DNA of 64,000 nucleotides, from contig OX597815.1 of assembly GCA_951406725.2 (NCBI GenBank), positions 88,164,001 through 88,228,000 on the forward strand, read 5' to 3'. The notes beneath the pieces are model-generated. The model worked only from the letters and a program-made list of their open reading frames with translations, was not told where the DNA came from and ran no database searches. Origin of the DNA: Octopus vulgaris (Eukaryota). Within the stretch, counting starts at the first letter, position 1. Every line of letters starts with the position of its first letter. A program made the translations under genes and the position numbers. Positions 1-12,700 of this stretch are shown here, piece after piece.

Positions 1-1549
1 TTGAACCCTCTGACTGCACTCTCACATCTGTCTGTTGTACCCAGTCCAGACACTTGATTTCTCAGTTTTCTCTATTAATGCTGTCATTTGTTCTAATTTA
101 AGTTATCACTTCTTTTTTGTTTTTGTTTTTTCGTTTATGTTTTTGATATAAAGAAAGGTCTCTTTGTTAAAATTTCTTTTGTCTGTCAATAAAAAGAAGA
201 TATTGTATTTTTCTTCGCAATTTCTTTCATTGGCCAAAATGAGAAGCATGTATTTCAAGTTTCTTCATATTCTGGTAGAGAACTAAATTTGCTTTTATTA
301 TCTCTTCTCTTCGCTCCTTGTGCATATACTCCCATCATATCATATAAGAGCTTATATACAATGGTAGACCTAAAAGGAATTAATGCAATATTACAGCAAT
401 GTGGCACAAGCTAATCCAAAGACCCAGTCTTTACCAACATCATGATGTTAATAATAATAAGAGTTTAAATATGTCTGTTTGTCATTATTTAATTCTATAC
501 ATTTTATTTAATTAATTTTTATGAATGACAATTTGTTTAAAAAAAAAAATGCTTTGAATGTTTTTTATCATCTCAATTCAGAAAGCAACAACATACTTGA
601 TCTATCAATTTTCACCTAAAAGTACTTATTATTTAGTATTAATAATTATACATCTAATATTTTGTAAAGTCAACTTGTTTTATTTCCAGTGTGTTATTCT
701 AGGTTTGCTTTATTTCCTTTCCCTTTTTTTAAAAAAATGTAGTTTATTGAAGATTTTCTCTCAAATGGTCACCGATAAGTTTAGCATTTCCCTCCTTCTT
801 AGTCATTATTACAACAGAATATTTTCCATTTCTTTACATACTTCATGTTAATTCTATAGAATTTCTTGAATATTCCTATTGTATAGGTAGATAACTACCC
901 TGATTGTTGAATTTTGCTTTAATTCTGATATTGTCAATTAGTTTCAGGAGGTATAGCAAGATAAAAATTTGTAAGGAAAATTGACTGCTTTTGGATTTCT
1001 TACAAATGCATTTTTCTTAAGGTTGTTGGTTATTGTAATAGTACTGCTTTTCTTTGCTTATTCTGAGTACAGTCTTGTTTTTTTTTGTTGGTTTTTTTTT
1101 TTGGGGGGGGGGGTTACAATTCTCACTCTGTTTATATTTGTAGCTGTAAGATACATATGAATGTGTGAATTTATTGTAGGAGCAGCATTTGTTTGATATT
1201 TTTCTGCTGAGATATTCAACAAGCAATAAAACAAAAATATCCAAAGTTATTGAATCATATGGCCACCTTTGAGTTGTTTGATAGTTTTAAACATTAATAA
1301 ATTCAATTTTACATAGAATAAATCCTAACAAAATTATTGAATGGATAAAAACTTTTAAATTTTAGTAGTAGCTCTTTGAGAAAGAACTGCTGATGAGAAA
1401 GACAAATGGTAATGTCAAAAGTCTATTGGTAACTTAAATATCTAAATTTCTATAGCCCACCAATCCATAAATGATATAATAAACAAAATTTCTTATATTT
1501 ATGATATTGTTGCTTCAGTAAATGATGGGATTTATTTACTAAATTGCAG

Positions 1550-1670
1550 GTGTGGTGAAAGAGAATTTCTTGAAACTGTGATAAAGAAAATTACAAGTGG
1601 ACGCGAAAGTGATCATAAAGGCCAAGGTGTGTGGGTTTCCATTAAAGTGCTGGAAGGAGATTCACAACAG
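1550..1670 (+). CDS. DOCK1: DOCK exon w1 (CGEREFLETVIKKITSGRESDHKGQGVWVSIKVLEGDSQQ)
   Basis: ttgcag| ... CAG|gtaaat; matches the DOCK KGQGLWV motif. Confidence 0.9.
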
Positions 1671-2309
1671 GTAAATTATCTTCTACATCTACCCTGCAAG
1701 TAGTCCACCACTGCATATATTCTGGGTCCTGCTTCATTTCTCCATCATCTGTCCACACCTTTCATTGATGTTTTCCTTCTTTTTTAGTGATGTCCAGAGG
1801 ATTTCTAGATGTACTTTTTTTAGTGGTATTGGGGTGGAGGCTTGTTGTTGACAATGTTGCAGATTTCACCTGCTTGGGCATTTTCTGCTCCTTGAATCAG
1901 CAACCTATCTTCTTTTATATGTGATGAGTCCAGAGACCCTTCTATAAGAGCTCTCATTCTTAGCTGCAGAACTTTTGTTATCCTCTGATAAAAATTACAA
2001 AGAAGCTAATTGCATTTTGTGAATGAAGAGAGTGATAGGCCTCATTGGTGTAAAAGTAGACCTTAAACACAAAATATAGCAGAATGAAACTAAATATAAT
2101 GTAATTGTGGAAGTATTATTAAGAAGTTAATCTTATGATCACACACTTCCAGGTTCAATTTCACTGCACAGCATATTAGCCAACTATATTAGCCAACTAT
2201 ATTAGCTACTATAATTTCAGGTTATCCAGTACCATCTGAATAGAACTTGTTGATGGAAAATGTATAAAAGACTATAATTTATATGTATGTGTGTGTGTAT
2301 TTCATTAAT

Positions 2310-5300
2310 GTATTTTATTATTGCTCAATCAAGACGAAGGACAATGCCCATGACCCTTTACATGGCCTCTGAGATTGATAGGAGATGGGGAAGTATCCAG
2401 ATGAAACAGGAAAAGAGGATATGTTCACAGTGAATGAGAGTGTAGAGAGGAATTGTCAGTTTTAAATGATAATATTGCTCAAAATCAACAATAAATCAAC
2501 ATTTTTATTAAAACTTATCCAAATTGGCATTTTAAAAAATTTGCTATCAGCTTAGATTGATCCCACAGCTTGTTTAGAGTTTTGATTATATAAAACTTAG
2601 ATATGTTTCGACCAGAGATTGGTCCAGGCCATGTCTAACTTAATAGCACCACCTGATAGGATTATTCGAATCCTGTTTAAGTCAAGTTTTGTTCAAGTAG
2701 TGAGTTCTTGTTGGGTGAGTTGTATCCAGTTTTGTTCAAGTAGTGAGTTCTTGTTGGGTGAGTTGTATCCAATTATGGGTGGCTTGTCTGGTATTCTTTG
2801 AAGGAATCTATCCAGACTGTTTGAAGTTGATGGGATCCTTTTCCTCTTTGATCTCCCTCGGGACAATGTTAAATAGGGCAGGGCCTGTTGAGGAAAGGAA
2901 ATTATGTTGCAGTGTACATGTATGTTGTGATCTTGAATTTGGCAGGGGACGTATAGCCCGTGGTCCAAGTCTCGGATGAACCTTGAAGCTAATGTTTAGG
3001 TCGTTTGGGCAAAGTTGGCGGTATATTTTCCACATCGTACAAATGATGTACCGCTCACGGCGACGCTGGAGGGAGTAAAGTTTCAAGGCTTTAAGGCGAT
3101 CCCAATAGTCGAGAGCAGCCATGCCTTCAATTTGTTTAGTGAGAGCCCTCTGGGGTGACTCAATTCTGGAGATGTTTTGTCTTGTGTGAGGAGACCACAG
3201 TGGGCAGCAGTATTCAAGGTGTGGCTGTACAAAGGATGAAAAAAGTGGTATGATGACACCTTGTTCTCTGGACCGGAAAGTTCTTAAGATCCAGGAACTC
3301 ATCCTACGAGCTGTATTGACCTTCTTGTTGATGTGTGCACTCCAACTGAGATCGTCATCAACAATTACACCCAGGTCTCTGATATTGTTAGAGGCTGTGA
3401 GCGGTTCCCCTGAAGGAAGAGAGTATGGTTGTTTTAGTGAAGAATTTCTTCCAAAATGCATCAGCTCAAATTTTCCCTCATTCAGTTGCATTTTGTTTCT
3501 GTCTGCCCATTGACACACAGCATATAGGTCAGACTGGAGTTGAGTTCGGTCTGCTTCTTCATTGACGATTTGCTGGAGCTTAGTGTCATCAGCGAATATT
3601 TTCACTTTTCAGTGATGTACGACACTGGAAAGGTCGTTTACATAAATTATGAAGAGTAGCGGACCCAAAACAGTTCCCTGGGGAACACCGCTGGTGACTT
3701 TTGCTGGGTTTGAGTGGACTCCATCAACTACAACATGTTGTGTTCTATTCGCTAGGAAATACTGAATCCAGTGTAGAACTTTTCCACGGATTCCAACATT
3801 TGCCAATTTTGAGAGTAGGATGTTATGGTCTACCCTGTCGAACGCTTTACTGAAGTCAAGGTATATGACGTCAGAGTTCGAACCTGTTCCCAAGGCTTTG
3901 AGTACATCTTCAATGTGGTGTAAGAGCTGTGTTAGACAGTCCCTGCCACAGCGAAAGCCATGTTGATTTGAATTTAGGAGTTTGTGGGTCTCCAGGAAGT
4001 CAGCTATCCTTGATCTTAACACTCTTTCAAACACTTTAATGATGTGGGAGGTGAGTGAGATTGGGCGATAGTTGACTGCGAGGGATCTGTTTCCCTGTTT
4101 GAAAACCGGGATGACCGACTGGGATAGAAACTTTTTCGGTATATAACCTGCGTCTAACGAGTTTCTCCAGAGGTTGGTCAGAGGGACTGCAAGTTGATAT
4201 CTACATTCCTTCAGGAGACTGGCGGGAAATCTATCAGGGCCTACAGCGGAGTAATGTTTGACCTCATTTATTGCTGCTACGATGTCGGTGGCAGTGAAGG
4301 ATATGTCTGCGATTTTGTGTTGGGAGTCAGCTTCGTTCGTTTCCCTCACATCAATATCAGTGGGAACACTGAAGACAGAGCAATATTGTTTCTGCAGTAT
4401 TTCTGCCATTTCTTTAGCATCGTGTTGGGGAATGCTGTTTTCATCAATCAATGGCCCAATAGGTGAGACAGTGGTTCTATGCTTATTTGCATAAGAATAG
4501 AACACTTTTGGGTTCTGTTTGATGTTTTTGATTACCCATTGTTCCTCCACAGCTCTTTGATTTTCAATGGAGGTTTTCATGTTAGTCTGCAGATGAAGTT
4601 TTTCCAGCTCTAGTCTTTTCATTGTTGTTGAATGTGGATGTTGCGTGTGGGAATATTTTAATTGGTTGATTTTTTTGTTGAGTCTTTTGATGCGCCTGAT
4701 GAGTGTTTTTTTCTTTTTAGGGAGCCGGTTTCTGTTTGTGTTAGTAGATTTCTTGGGAGCGTGTTTAGAGCATGTGTCGGTGACAATGGTTTCAAAGTGC
4801 TGCCACGCGATCTCAATATGAGGGGAATTGAGAGTAAAAGACCAGTCGATGGAAGACAGATCCTTTCTGATTGTTCTCCAGTCCGCTTTGTGGAAATTTA
4901 TGTTGTCAAATGGGTGCCATGGAGTGGGATTGGCTGGTTTGGTTTTTATACGTCGGGAATTAAGATTGCAGAGTACCATGTCGTGGTCTGAGAGGAGAGT
5001 TTTTTCGACTGAAATGCTGTGAACGTAGCTAGAGTGATTGGTCAGTACCAGATCCAAGATCGTTTTATTCTGTCTCGTTGGTTCAAGCACTAGCTGAGTC
5101 AGGAAATACTCATCCATCAGATTAAAGAGCAGTTCTGCTGCTGCCCTATCTGATGTAGAGCACTTGCCTAACTTCGGAGTATTTGTGGGCCAGTTCACAT
5201 GAGGGAGGTTAAAATCACCCATCACTATTATGTTTCCGGAGTGGTACTTCCGAAGGAAGGACTTGACTTTGCTAAGGCACTCTTCAAAGTACTTTAGAGG

Positions 5301-5660
5301 TGCCTGGGGAGGCCTGTAAAGACCAACAATGGTTATGTCCTTGGCTTTGTTGTATACTGATACCGATTCACAGTAGCCATTGGAAAATGTGTCCTTGGCA
5401 TCAAGTGAAAAGGAGTCATGGATAAAGATGGCTGTCCCTCCCTTATTTCGGTCTGTGCGATCCGCACGAACAATGGTGAAATCTTTTATTTTCACCTCTG
5501 CGTCCATATGGGTGTTGTTCAGGTGAGTCTCGGTAAGGATAAAGAAAGGGAAGCAATGTGCCATTTCGGCAAGCCAACTCTCTATATATGGGATCTTCCA
5601 TTTTTGGGCAATAATTGATGGGTTGATGCCACGTACATTTAACAGGATGATTATCTTTCA
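2310..5660 (-). mobile_element. CR1-like non-LTR retrotransposon, 5'-truncated at ORF2 start (APE endonuclease + RT), young but disrupted
   Basis: LNVRGI, LTETHL, GDFN, SDH, YRPISLTS, QHGFR, YLDFSKAFD, SGVPQGTVLGPLLF, FADDTK, LQRRRER. In-frame TGA at 3609-3611 and a frameshift near 2820. The 3' boundary is approximate. Confidence 0.92.
2685..2770. repeat. Perfect 43-bp tandem duplication in the LINE ORF2 3' end
   Basis: AGTTTTGTTCAAGTAGTGAGTTCTTGTTGGGTGAGTTGTATCC x2. Confidence 0.95.
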
Positions 5661-6077
5661 ATTTTCACTTGTTTCAGTCATTATACTGTGGCCATGCTGG
5701 GGCTCAGCTTTATATGTATGATTATATAGTTTTGTTTTATTAAACACTGTGGTTGGCATAATTGGTAGAGAAGCAAAAACTTTAAAAAATACTTGCAGTT
5801 TTTAGTTATGATTCTTTACATTCTGAGTGAAGAGCATTGTAGTTTGCTTGAAGCATGATGATACAAAAGTAAAATAACAAATAAAGAAGACAGAGAGCTA
5901 CTGACAATGTGAAAAGAGGAAAGTTAAGTAACCTTAACTACTTGAATTTTCCTCTCATTCTTTTGGGATAATTCCTACGGTTGATTTAACTGCTCCTCAA
6001 AATTTGTGACATTTTGCATGTGTTAGAAGTTATTTTGGTAATGATGATGATATGTATTTATATGTTTTTACATGCAG

Positions 6078-6159
6078 ATCTGGGATGATTACCCACATTT
6101 AGTTTTACCTGGGACAGCAATATCTCGTAAAATTGGCTTTCCAGAGGTTATCATGCCAG
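6078..6159 (+). CDS. DOCK1: DOCK exon w2 ([27 protein letters not shown])
   Basis: atgcag| ... CAG|gtaagt; RKxGFPExIMPG motif. Confidence 0.93.
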
Positions 6160-7013
6160 GTAAGTGAGACTCATTGCTTTTATGAGAAATTATTTTAGGT
6201 AAACTCTAGCATCAAATACACACACACACACACAACTATACTTTCCACACATTTAGGATAGAGGAACTATCCCCTCAGACATAGTCCATACTACAACACT
6301 ATTTGCATGCTTGGCATAATGCAACCACGTGTTGAGGTTCACCTGCAATAATGCAGCTGTCTCACCAAAATGAATTCCACAGTACAATAATGCTTGTTCA
6401 TTTAGGATCATGCTCACATGTATTTACTCATTCTATATTACATTAAAGAGAATGTTTATACTCACTGACTTTCCAACCACTCTACCTGTCACCAAGCTTT
6501 GTTTGCCTTCTGTCTCTTCTTTCATTACTAGTTCAGAAAGCTTTTATTCATCTGAACTCAATATTTCAATGCCAGTACTGCATAGAACACCCAGCACAAT
6601 CACCTGTACTCCTCCTGTCAGCTCTATTGTATCTTACTCCTCAGACCCCAATACTAAACGTTAATTCTTCTATCTTGTATTTATTCTTTGTCTATATTTC
6701 TCCTAATTACTAACCTGCAGCAATATACACTGCAAATTAACCTCACTAACCACACCAGTTTATCTATATGTTTTGTTTCATCAGTTTTAAAAAGTTTAAA
6801 GTAGCTCTGGGAATTGTCCTTTCTATAATATATAATAGCCTTATAAGGTGTTTTGATCAAGGCTCGAAATATATAGAAAATAAATTATTCAGAGAAGTCA
6901 TTTACAATTTACATATAAAACAATAGTTATGTTTACATATTTAATGCAGGAGTATTAAAAAACTAACTAGGGCTATATGGGGTGGGAGGAAACTTTGTAA
7001 AGTAAAAAAGACA

Positions 7014-7057
7014 ACTCCAAATATATTTCAGTCTTTGTGTGACCTCATCAGCAAAGC
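7014..7057 (-). ncRNA. Decayed minimal type-I hammerhead ribozyme motif (Penelope-like element / retrozyme type)
   Basis: Minus strand gctttg-CTGATGA-GGTC-acacaaa-GACT-GAAA-TATA-T-T-tggagt. Confidence 0.5.
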
Positions 7058-7566
7058 ACTATCTTTTTAACACTCCCTGTATTAAGTATATTAGCACTAA
7101 CTTAACTAAAACTTTAATGAAAAATTTTTTAAATTACCAAAAATATCATTGTTCTGAATGTCTTTTTAGTGCATGTGCACACCCTTAAAGACAATGATTG
7201 TCTTGAAGAAATTAACATAAGAATTTTCATTGCTCTTAAATGGGTGACATTTTTAGTTATGACAAATTTTATTAATCTTCCTGGGGTGTATTATTAATTT
7301 ATAGAGTTAATTTAACTCCAATTTTAGTTTTAGTGTATCTTAAAATTAATGTATGAGTTGGAAACAATAGTTTGCAATTTTAACAATTTAGGTTAAGGAA
7401 TTTGTTATTCCACAGAACCATTTATCATGGTAAAGTTGCCAATTTAATTCTGTCATCCATATGTCTGTTTAAAATGAGAATTTATTAGATTAGAATGTTT
7501 TACAAAAAATTAAATGAAAAAGAGACTAAAGTTGTGTTTTATTCTTTGTAGAGTGGAGGGTTGTAT

Positions 7567-8112
7567 TCATCATTATCATCATCATTTAACATCCATTGTC
7601 CATGCTGGCATGGATTGGACAGTTTGATCAGGGCTGGCAAGTTGAGGTGCCCTTCCTAACACCAACCACTCCAAGAGTGTAATGGGTGCTTTTATGTGTC
7701 AGCTGCCTGACACTGGTATCTGCTACAACTACAATTTTGCTTAGTTTGAGGGGACTTCTCATAATGCCAATGGTCTTGGTCATTTGTCAATACCTCTGTG
7801 AGATCCAATACTCGAAAGGTGCTTTTTCATGTGCCATTGGCATCAGCCACATTCCCTCCATGAGGCCCAACACTTGAAAGGTGCTCTTTACTTGTGAGTT
7901 ATGTGAGATCAGTATTAGCCACAACTATGATTTCACTTGGCTTGATGGGTCTTCTCAGACACAGCATATTACCAAAGGTTTTGGTCACTGGTCATTTGCC
8001 TCCATGAGGCCCAAAGTTTGAAGATCATGCTTCACCACCTTGTCCCATGTCTTCTTAGATTTACTTCTACCACAGGTTCCCTCTACAGTTAGAGATCAGC
8101 ACTTCTTTACAC
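7567..8112 (-). mobile_element. RTE-clade LINE 3' end fragment
   Basis: Reverse complement of the KKC.TL.VEGTCGRGRP.KTW coding end and the (GAT)n tail seen at 38359-39457. Confidence 0.8.
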
Positions 8113-9041
8113 ATGTTACTTAATTCTCTTGTAGCAATAGTTGAATGAATTTAAGAAAACATTTACATAAAGTGATGCAATATGTGATTTAACTTTCTGC
8201 TTTTCCTGTTGCCAGCCACTAAAATATAAAATGAGAGTAGAACCTATCTTTAAGTGGTAATGGAATGAAGTAGAGCATTGTACTTAGTTCAAAGAATATT
8301 ATGTGGTGATATCTGTATTAGAAAGGTGTTCATCACCTTTAATTAATTGTTTAGAATTATTAATGACAATAAACACCTGAAACATACTGGATAACTGAAT
8401 TGTAGTTCTGCTTTCAAAGAACATAACAGAAGGAAAAAGACTATTCTTTTATTCTTTTACTTGTTTCAGTCATTTGATTGTGGCCCTGCTGGAGCACTGC
8501 CTTGATATGTTAAAAAGTTTTACACTAATATTATGAAACTTTGTATATTATTGTCAAGTATTTACATTTTAAAAAGTAATTTGGTAATCTTACCTTTTTA
8601 AGAATATAATCAGTCTTCTTATTTCTAATTATGTGAAGTGGGTTAAAAACTAAATGTTAAATCAGATTCCATGAATTGGTAGCCCATTCATTATATCTAA
8701 ACTTTTTTTTTTATATGTTGGTAGTCGAGTTCACTAATTAATTGGAAATTTGCAGTCAAGTTGTTATTTATGTTGGAAGGTTGAGGTTTCTCCACTAAAT
8801 ACAATATAAGCTTTACAAGGTTTATGTTTATTGATTATGTTCCTTTTCTGTGTTATCTACAAAACTGCCCTTTTTCATTTCCATTCCATATACTCTCTCT
8901 CTCTCACACACACACACATACATATGAATACCATGCACCTACATGCATGCAAACTTCTTTCATTTCTCTCTTCATTAATTCCATGTTGCATCTTAACTGA
9001 TTTTTTTTTCTTCTGCTTCTGTTCTGTTCTGTTCTCTGTAG

Positions 9042-9047
9042 TAGAAG
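9042..9047 (+). CDS. DOCK1: Candidate 6-nt microexon TAGAAG (adds Val-Glu); 3-nt and 0-nt variants also possible
   Basis: About 40-nt pyrimidine tract, then ctgtag|TAGAAG|gtaagt; frame-preserving between phase-1 exons. Confidence 0.6.
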
Positions 9048-9436
9048 GTAAGTGGCGATCTACCAATTGTTTTTTTTATGTTGTTGCTGCCACTGCAGTG
9101 AAATAGCTTACGTGTCATTATTTATATGCTCACAGCATGACTTCGTTCTTGCCTCCTTTGTTGTCTTAATTAACTATTCTGGTCTTAGCATGTTCTTTGT
9201 AGAATATTATGTCTAATGTTTAGAATTGTTATTTATTTATTTATTTAATTATTTATTGTCATCAATCAAATTTTCCCAAACTGGTATGGTCTTTTAATCA
9301 AGCTGTCCAATCAAAACATCCTTTTGTTACATATTCCTGATACTAACTTGAATATTGTAATGTGTGTGTGTGTGTGTGTGACCCATCCAATCCATGCTTA
9401 TATGGTAAAGCTAACTGGACAAAGAATGATCATATA

Positions 9437-9782
9437 TCTTTTATCTTTTACTTGTTTCAGTCACTAGATTGTGGCCAAGCTGGGACACTACTTTGAAGAA
9501 TTTTTAGTCAAATGAATCGACCCCAGTACTTTTTTTTTCAGCCTGGTACTTATTCTATTGGTCTCTGTTGCCAAACTACTAAGCTATAGGAGCATAAACA
9601 CACAAACATCTGTTGTCAAGCATATGGGGGTGGGGAGACAAAGACGCGCACACATACATTGAGCTTCTTTCAGTTTCTATCTACCAAATCCACTTACAAG
9701 GCTTTGGTTGGCCTGAGGCTATAGTAGAAGACACTTGCCCAAGGTATTACACAGTGAGATTGAAACCTGGAACCATGTGGTC
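9437..9782 (-). mobile_element. tRNA-derived SINE, family A
   Basis: Reverse complement homologous to 19343-19746. Confidence 0.8.
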
Positions 9783-12700
9783 GAGTGTTTTGAATGTAAA
9801 AATATGATTTAATGCTTAGCAAATATGTATGTAGCAATGTTACTTATAAAAATAAATAAATGCAAGTATGTGTGTATACATTAATTAATTAATTAATTTC
9901 TGCTTTTACATAGATTCCTGATTATTATTTCAGTAATAGTTTAAATGAATTCTGTTTTGTCAAAATTTAAAATCTGAATAATGGCCTATAAAATAGAGAT
10001 TTATCTTCAGTTTCAACTTTACCAATTGACCTGGACTGCTGAACTAAAATTTGTTCTCACTCAGATTATCTTCAAAATATTAAATGAGTGAATTGTGTGT
10101 GTGTGTGTGTAATTTTACTCCAGTTACTCACAGTCTATCATTTCAAATTGAGAACAAACTAATGGTTCTAGGAAGAATACATGTATTTATGAAACTCTTA
10201 AAAATTTATAAACATCTGACTTTTCCATGAAATTGAAGATATAAATTTCAAAGTTGTGAAAAGAGATGGACAGATATTGTCAATGAAATGAATTAGTTCT
10301 AGGTGATAAAGTGTGTGCACTGTCAATGGAGCTGTAGGAAAAGAATATGAGAAAACAGTGGAGTCATATCCAAGGATTCTGGTCCTCATTGAAGAGATTA
10401 CAAATAACCAAAACAGTTGGTAACCTGCTTATGACAGTACCAACTAACCAATTTCAGCTTGGAAGTATTGATGTTTCAATGATGATACTTAACTAACATG
10501 CAGTGTAAGTAGCCATGCCCTCTTTACACCTGCTGCATCTGCTTGTCATTCACTCTAACAGAACAGTGATCGTACAATCAGTTTAAAATCCCTTCTTTCT
10601 ACACACCTCATTTTACACTATATTTTGTTTTTAGCAGTGAGTGTCACAAACCATGCATGATTTAATAAAAGAATTTCTGCATGGTTATTTAACCTGCTAC
10701 AAATATATCACACTCGACTGTCTTAAAAAAAGAAGATTTGTTGGATAAAGTAGTTCTGCATACAGTATGCCTTGCAAAAATATGAGCTGACCACAATTTA
10801 AATGTCTCTGATCCTAGATCTGCTCAATCAGAGAAGACTAAGTGTTAATAATAAAATGCACAGGCAAGATGCATTACCTGTAAGTCTATTCAAGAGAAGC
10901 ATATCAATACGGCCTTTGTTAATATGAACACAGGTGAAATGTGTGACACTAGGGTGAACATAGTTGCCAAGTTACATACAAGTTTTCTTTATATGCTACA
11001 ACAGTGGAACCTATTCAGATATTGTCTTGTTTCTCAGCCACTTTTCTGTTCATTTTATCTCAGTTTTTACATGTTAGCATTGTTTGGACAGATACTTATT
11101 AAGGCATTATTTTTACAAATGGCGGCCCTTCCAGTCACTAGCCATTACCTGTTTTTCAAGTAAGAGATCTTTTTCTTAAAAGTATGAAATCATGTTATAC
11201 ATGACTACCTAAGACTAGGAATTTTAAGACTTTGTTATAAGTAAGCAATAAAAAGGGAAAATTAAACATATTCAATCTGTGCATCTTTTACCTTCTTCCT
11301 TAATTTCAAATTCAAATCACTAATCCCACCAAATATCAAGAAGTAATGATTATTTCCCTTGTCCTAATTGTCCATTAAGGGAAATTACAGAGCTACAGAA
11401 TTATTTGTTACACAAGGAATATTAACATAACATTACTGGTTCACTCAAATGATTTCATGTAAAGACTCAACTGCATATTAGAATGCTAACCAAGTGTATC
11501 ATTACGTTACATTTTAACTTTAAATTCCAGACTAGATTACTCTTGTGCAGAAGCTAAATATAAAAATAAAATATTTTTTGATTGAATATTGATTTTCTTG
11601 GACTCAAGTTATGGGTCTTAGACTTAATACATCACTTAGGGTTGCTTTTAGTCCGTTGTAGTCTAAAGCTGTGTATCATAGAAGAGACAAGTTTTTTTTT
11701 ATAAATTCTAAGTAATTTGATCTTTTCTGGTCTTTTTTTTCTGTTTTTGCTTTCTTTTTGTAATTAGTACTTATGTTTTTATGTGTAAGGAAGTGTAAAA
11801 TTTGATTCCAAATGATGCATGAAGAATCATTTTCCTACAGCTAGTAATATCTTCATTTATTTCCTTTCTATAGTTTATTTTTAAGAGGCCTTCTAGTTAA
11901 TATTTTGCTCTAAGCATCTAATAAGATATACAAGTCCTACATGTCCAAACTTTGTGATAGGAGCTGAGTCAAACTGTTGTTAGATATATTTGTAATTCCT
12001 CCCAAATGTTTCGAGTGCTACTTTCTTTAATTTGTTCGCACACTCATATGTATACATGCTTTTATTCTTTTATTGATTTCAGTTATTGGGCTGTGGCCAT
12101 GTTGGGGCATTGTCTTCAGTGATTCAATCATATTGATCTAAGTACTTATTTTAGTCTGATGCTTATTTTATTTCTGTTTCTTGAATTAAGTTACCAGACA
12201 TAAAGGAACACAACATAAGCATTTCTGAGGAGATAACTAACAAAGAAAATTTTAAAGGAAACCCAAGCGTTCATAATCCCTTTGTGACAAGTTAATACTT
12301 TGTTTTAAAGGACTCTGAAACTATTTTTGTATCTATGATTTGCAACAAAATATATTTAATATAAAGCTGGTATTATCTGGTTATCTTGTCATTGTTGTCT
12401 CTCAGAAGGTGAGAAGGATTATTCTTTACTTGTATTGTATGTTAATAAGGAATAGACTGTCACATACAAATTATTATATCTGCACATTTTCTGAAATGGT
12501 ACAGATCCTCTTGTAGAGCTGATTGAAAAGTTGAAAACTCTGGTCTGAGGCCGAGTCTTGGAGCAGCTCCCTTATAGTTTCTCAAGGCCAAAAGGAGGAC
12601 TTGAATGAAGTAATGTTACCTAACAAAACATTAATTATATATGTGCTGCTGTTGCTTACTGATACCAACTCAGTGAATAATCCTATATCTGAGTAAAATC

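Noticed and set aside
558-1244. Short ORFs here and most other 60-140 aa ORFs in the track
   Set aside because: Low-complexity, Phe/Leu/Ile-rich translations of AT-rich intron, antisense TE frames, or intron read-through around true exons
1385-1430. CTGATGA hammerhead-like start
   Set aside because: No GAAA box in register and no stem I/III; the same applies to hits near 15105, 25077 and 48040
2173-2210. 13-bp tandem repeat ATATTAGCCAACT x~3
   Set aside because: Ordinary local slippage within a decayed SINE
3603-3611. Programmed stop-codon readthrough in the LINE RT
   Set aside because: A single nonsense mutation is simpler; the copy also has a frameshift and is 5'-truncated
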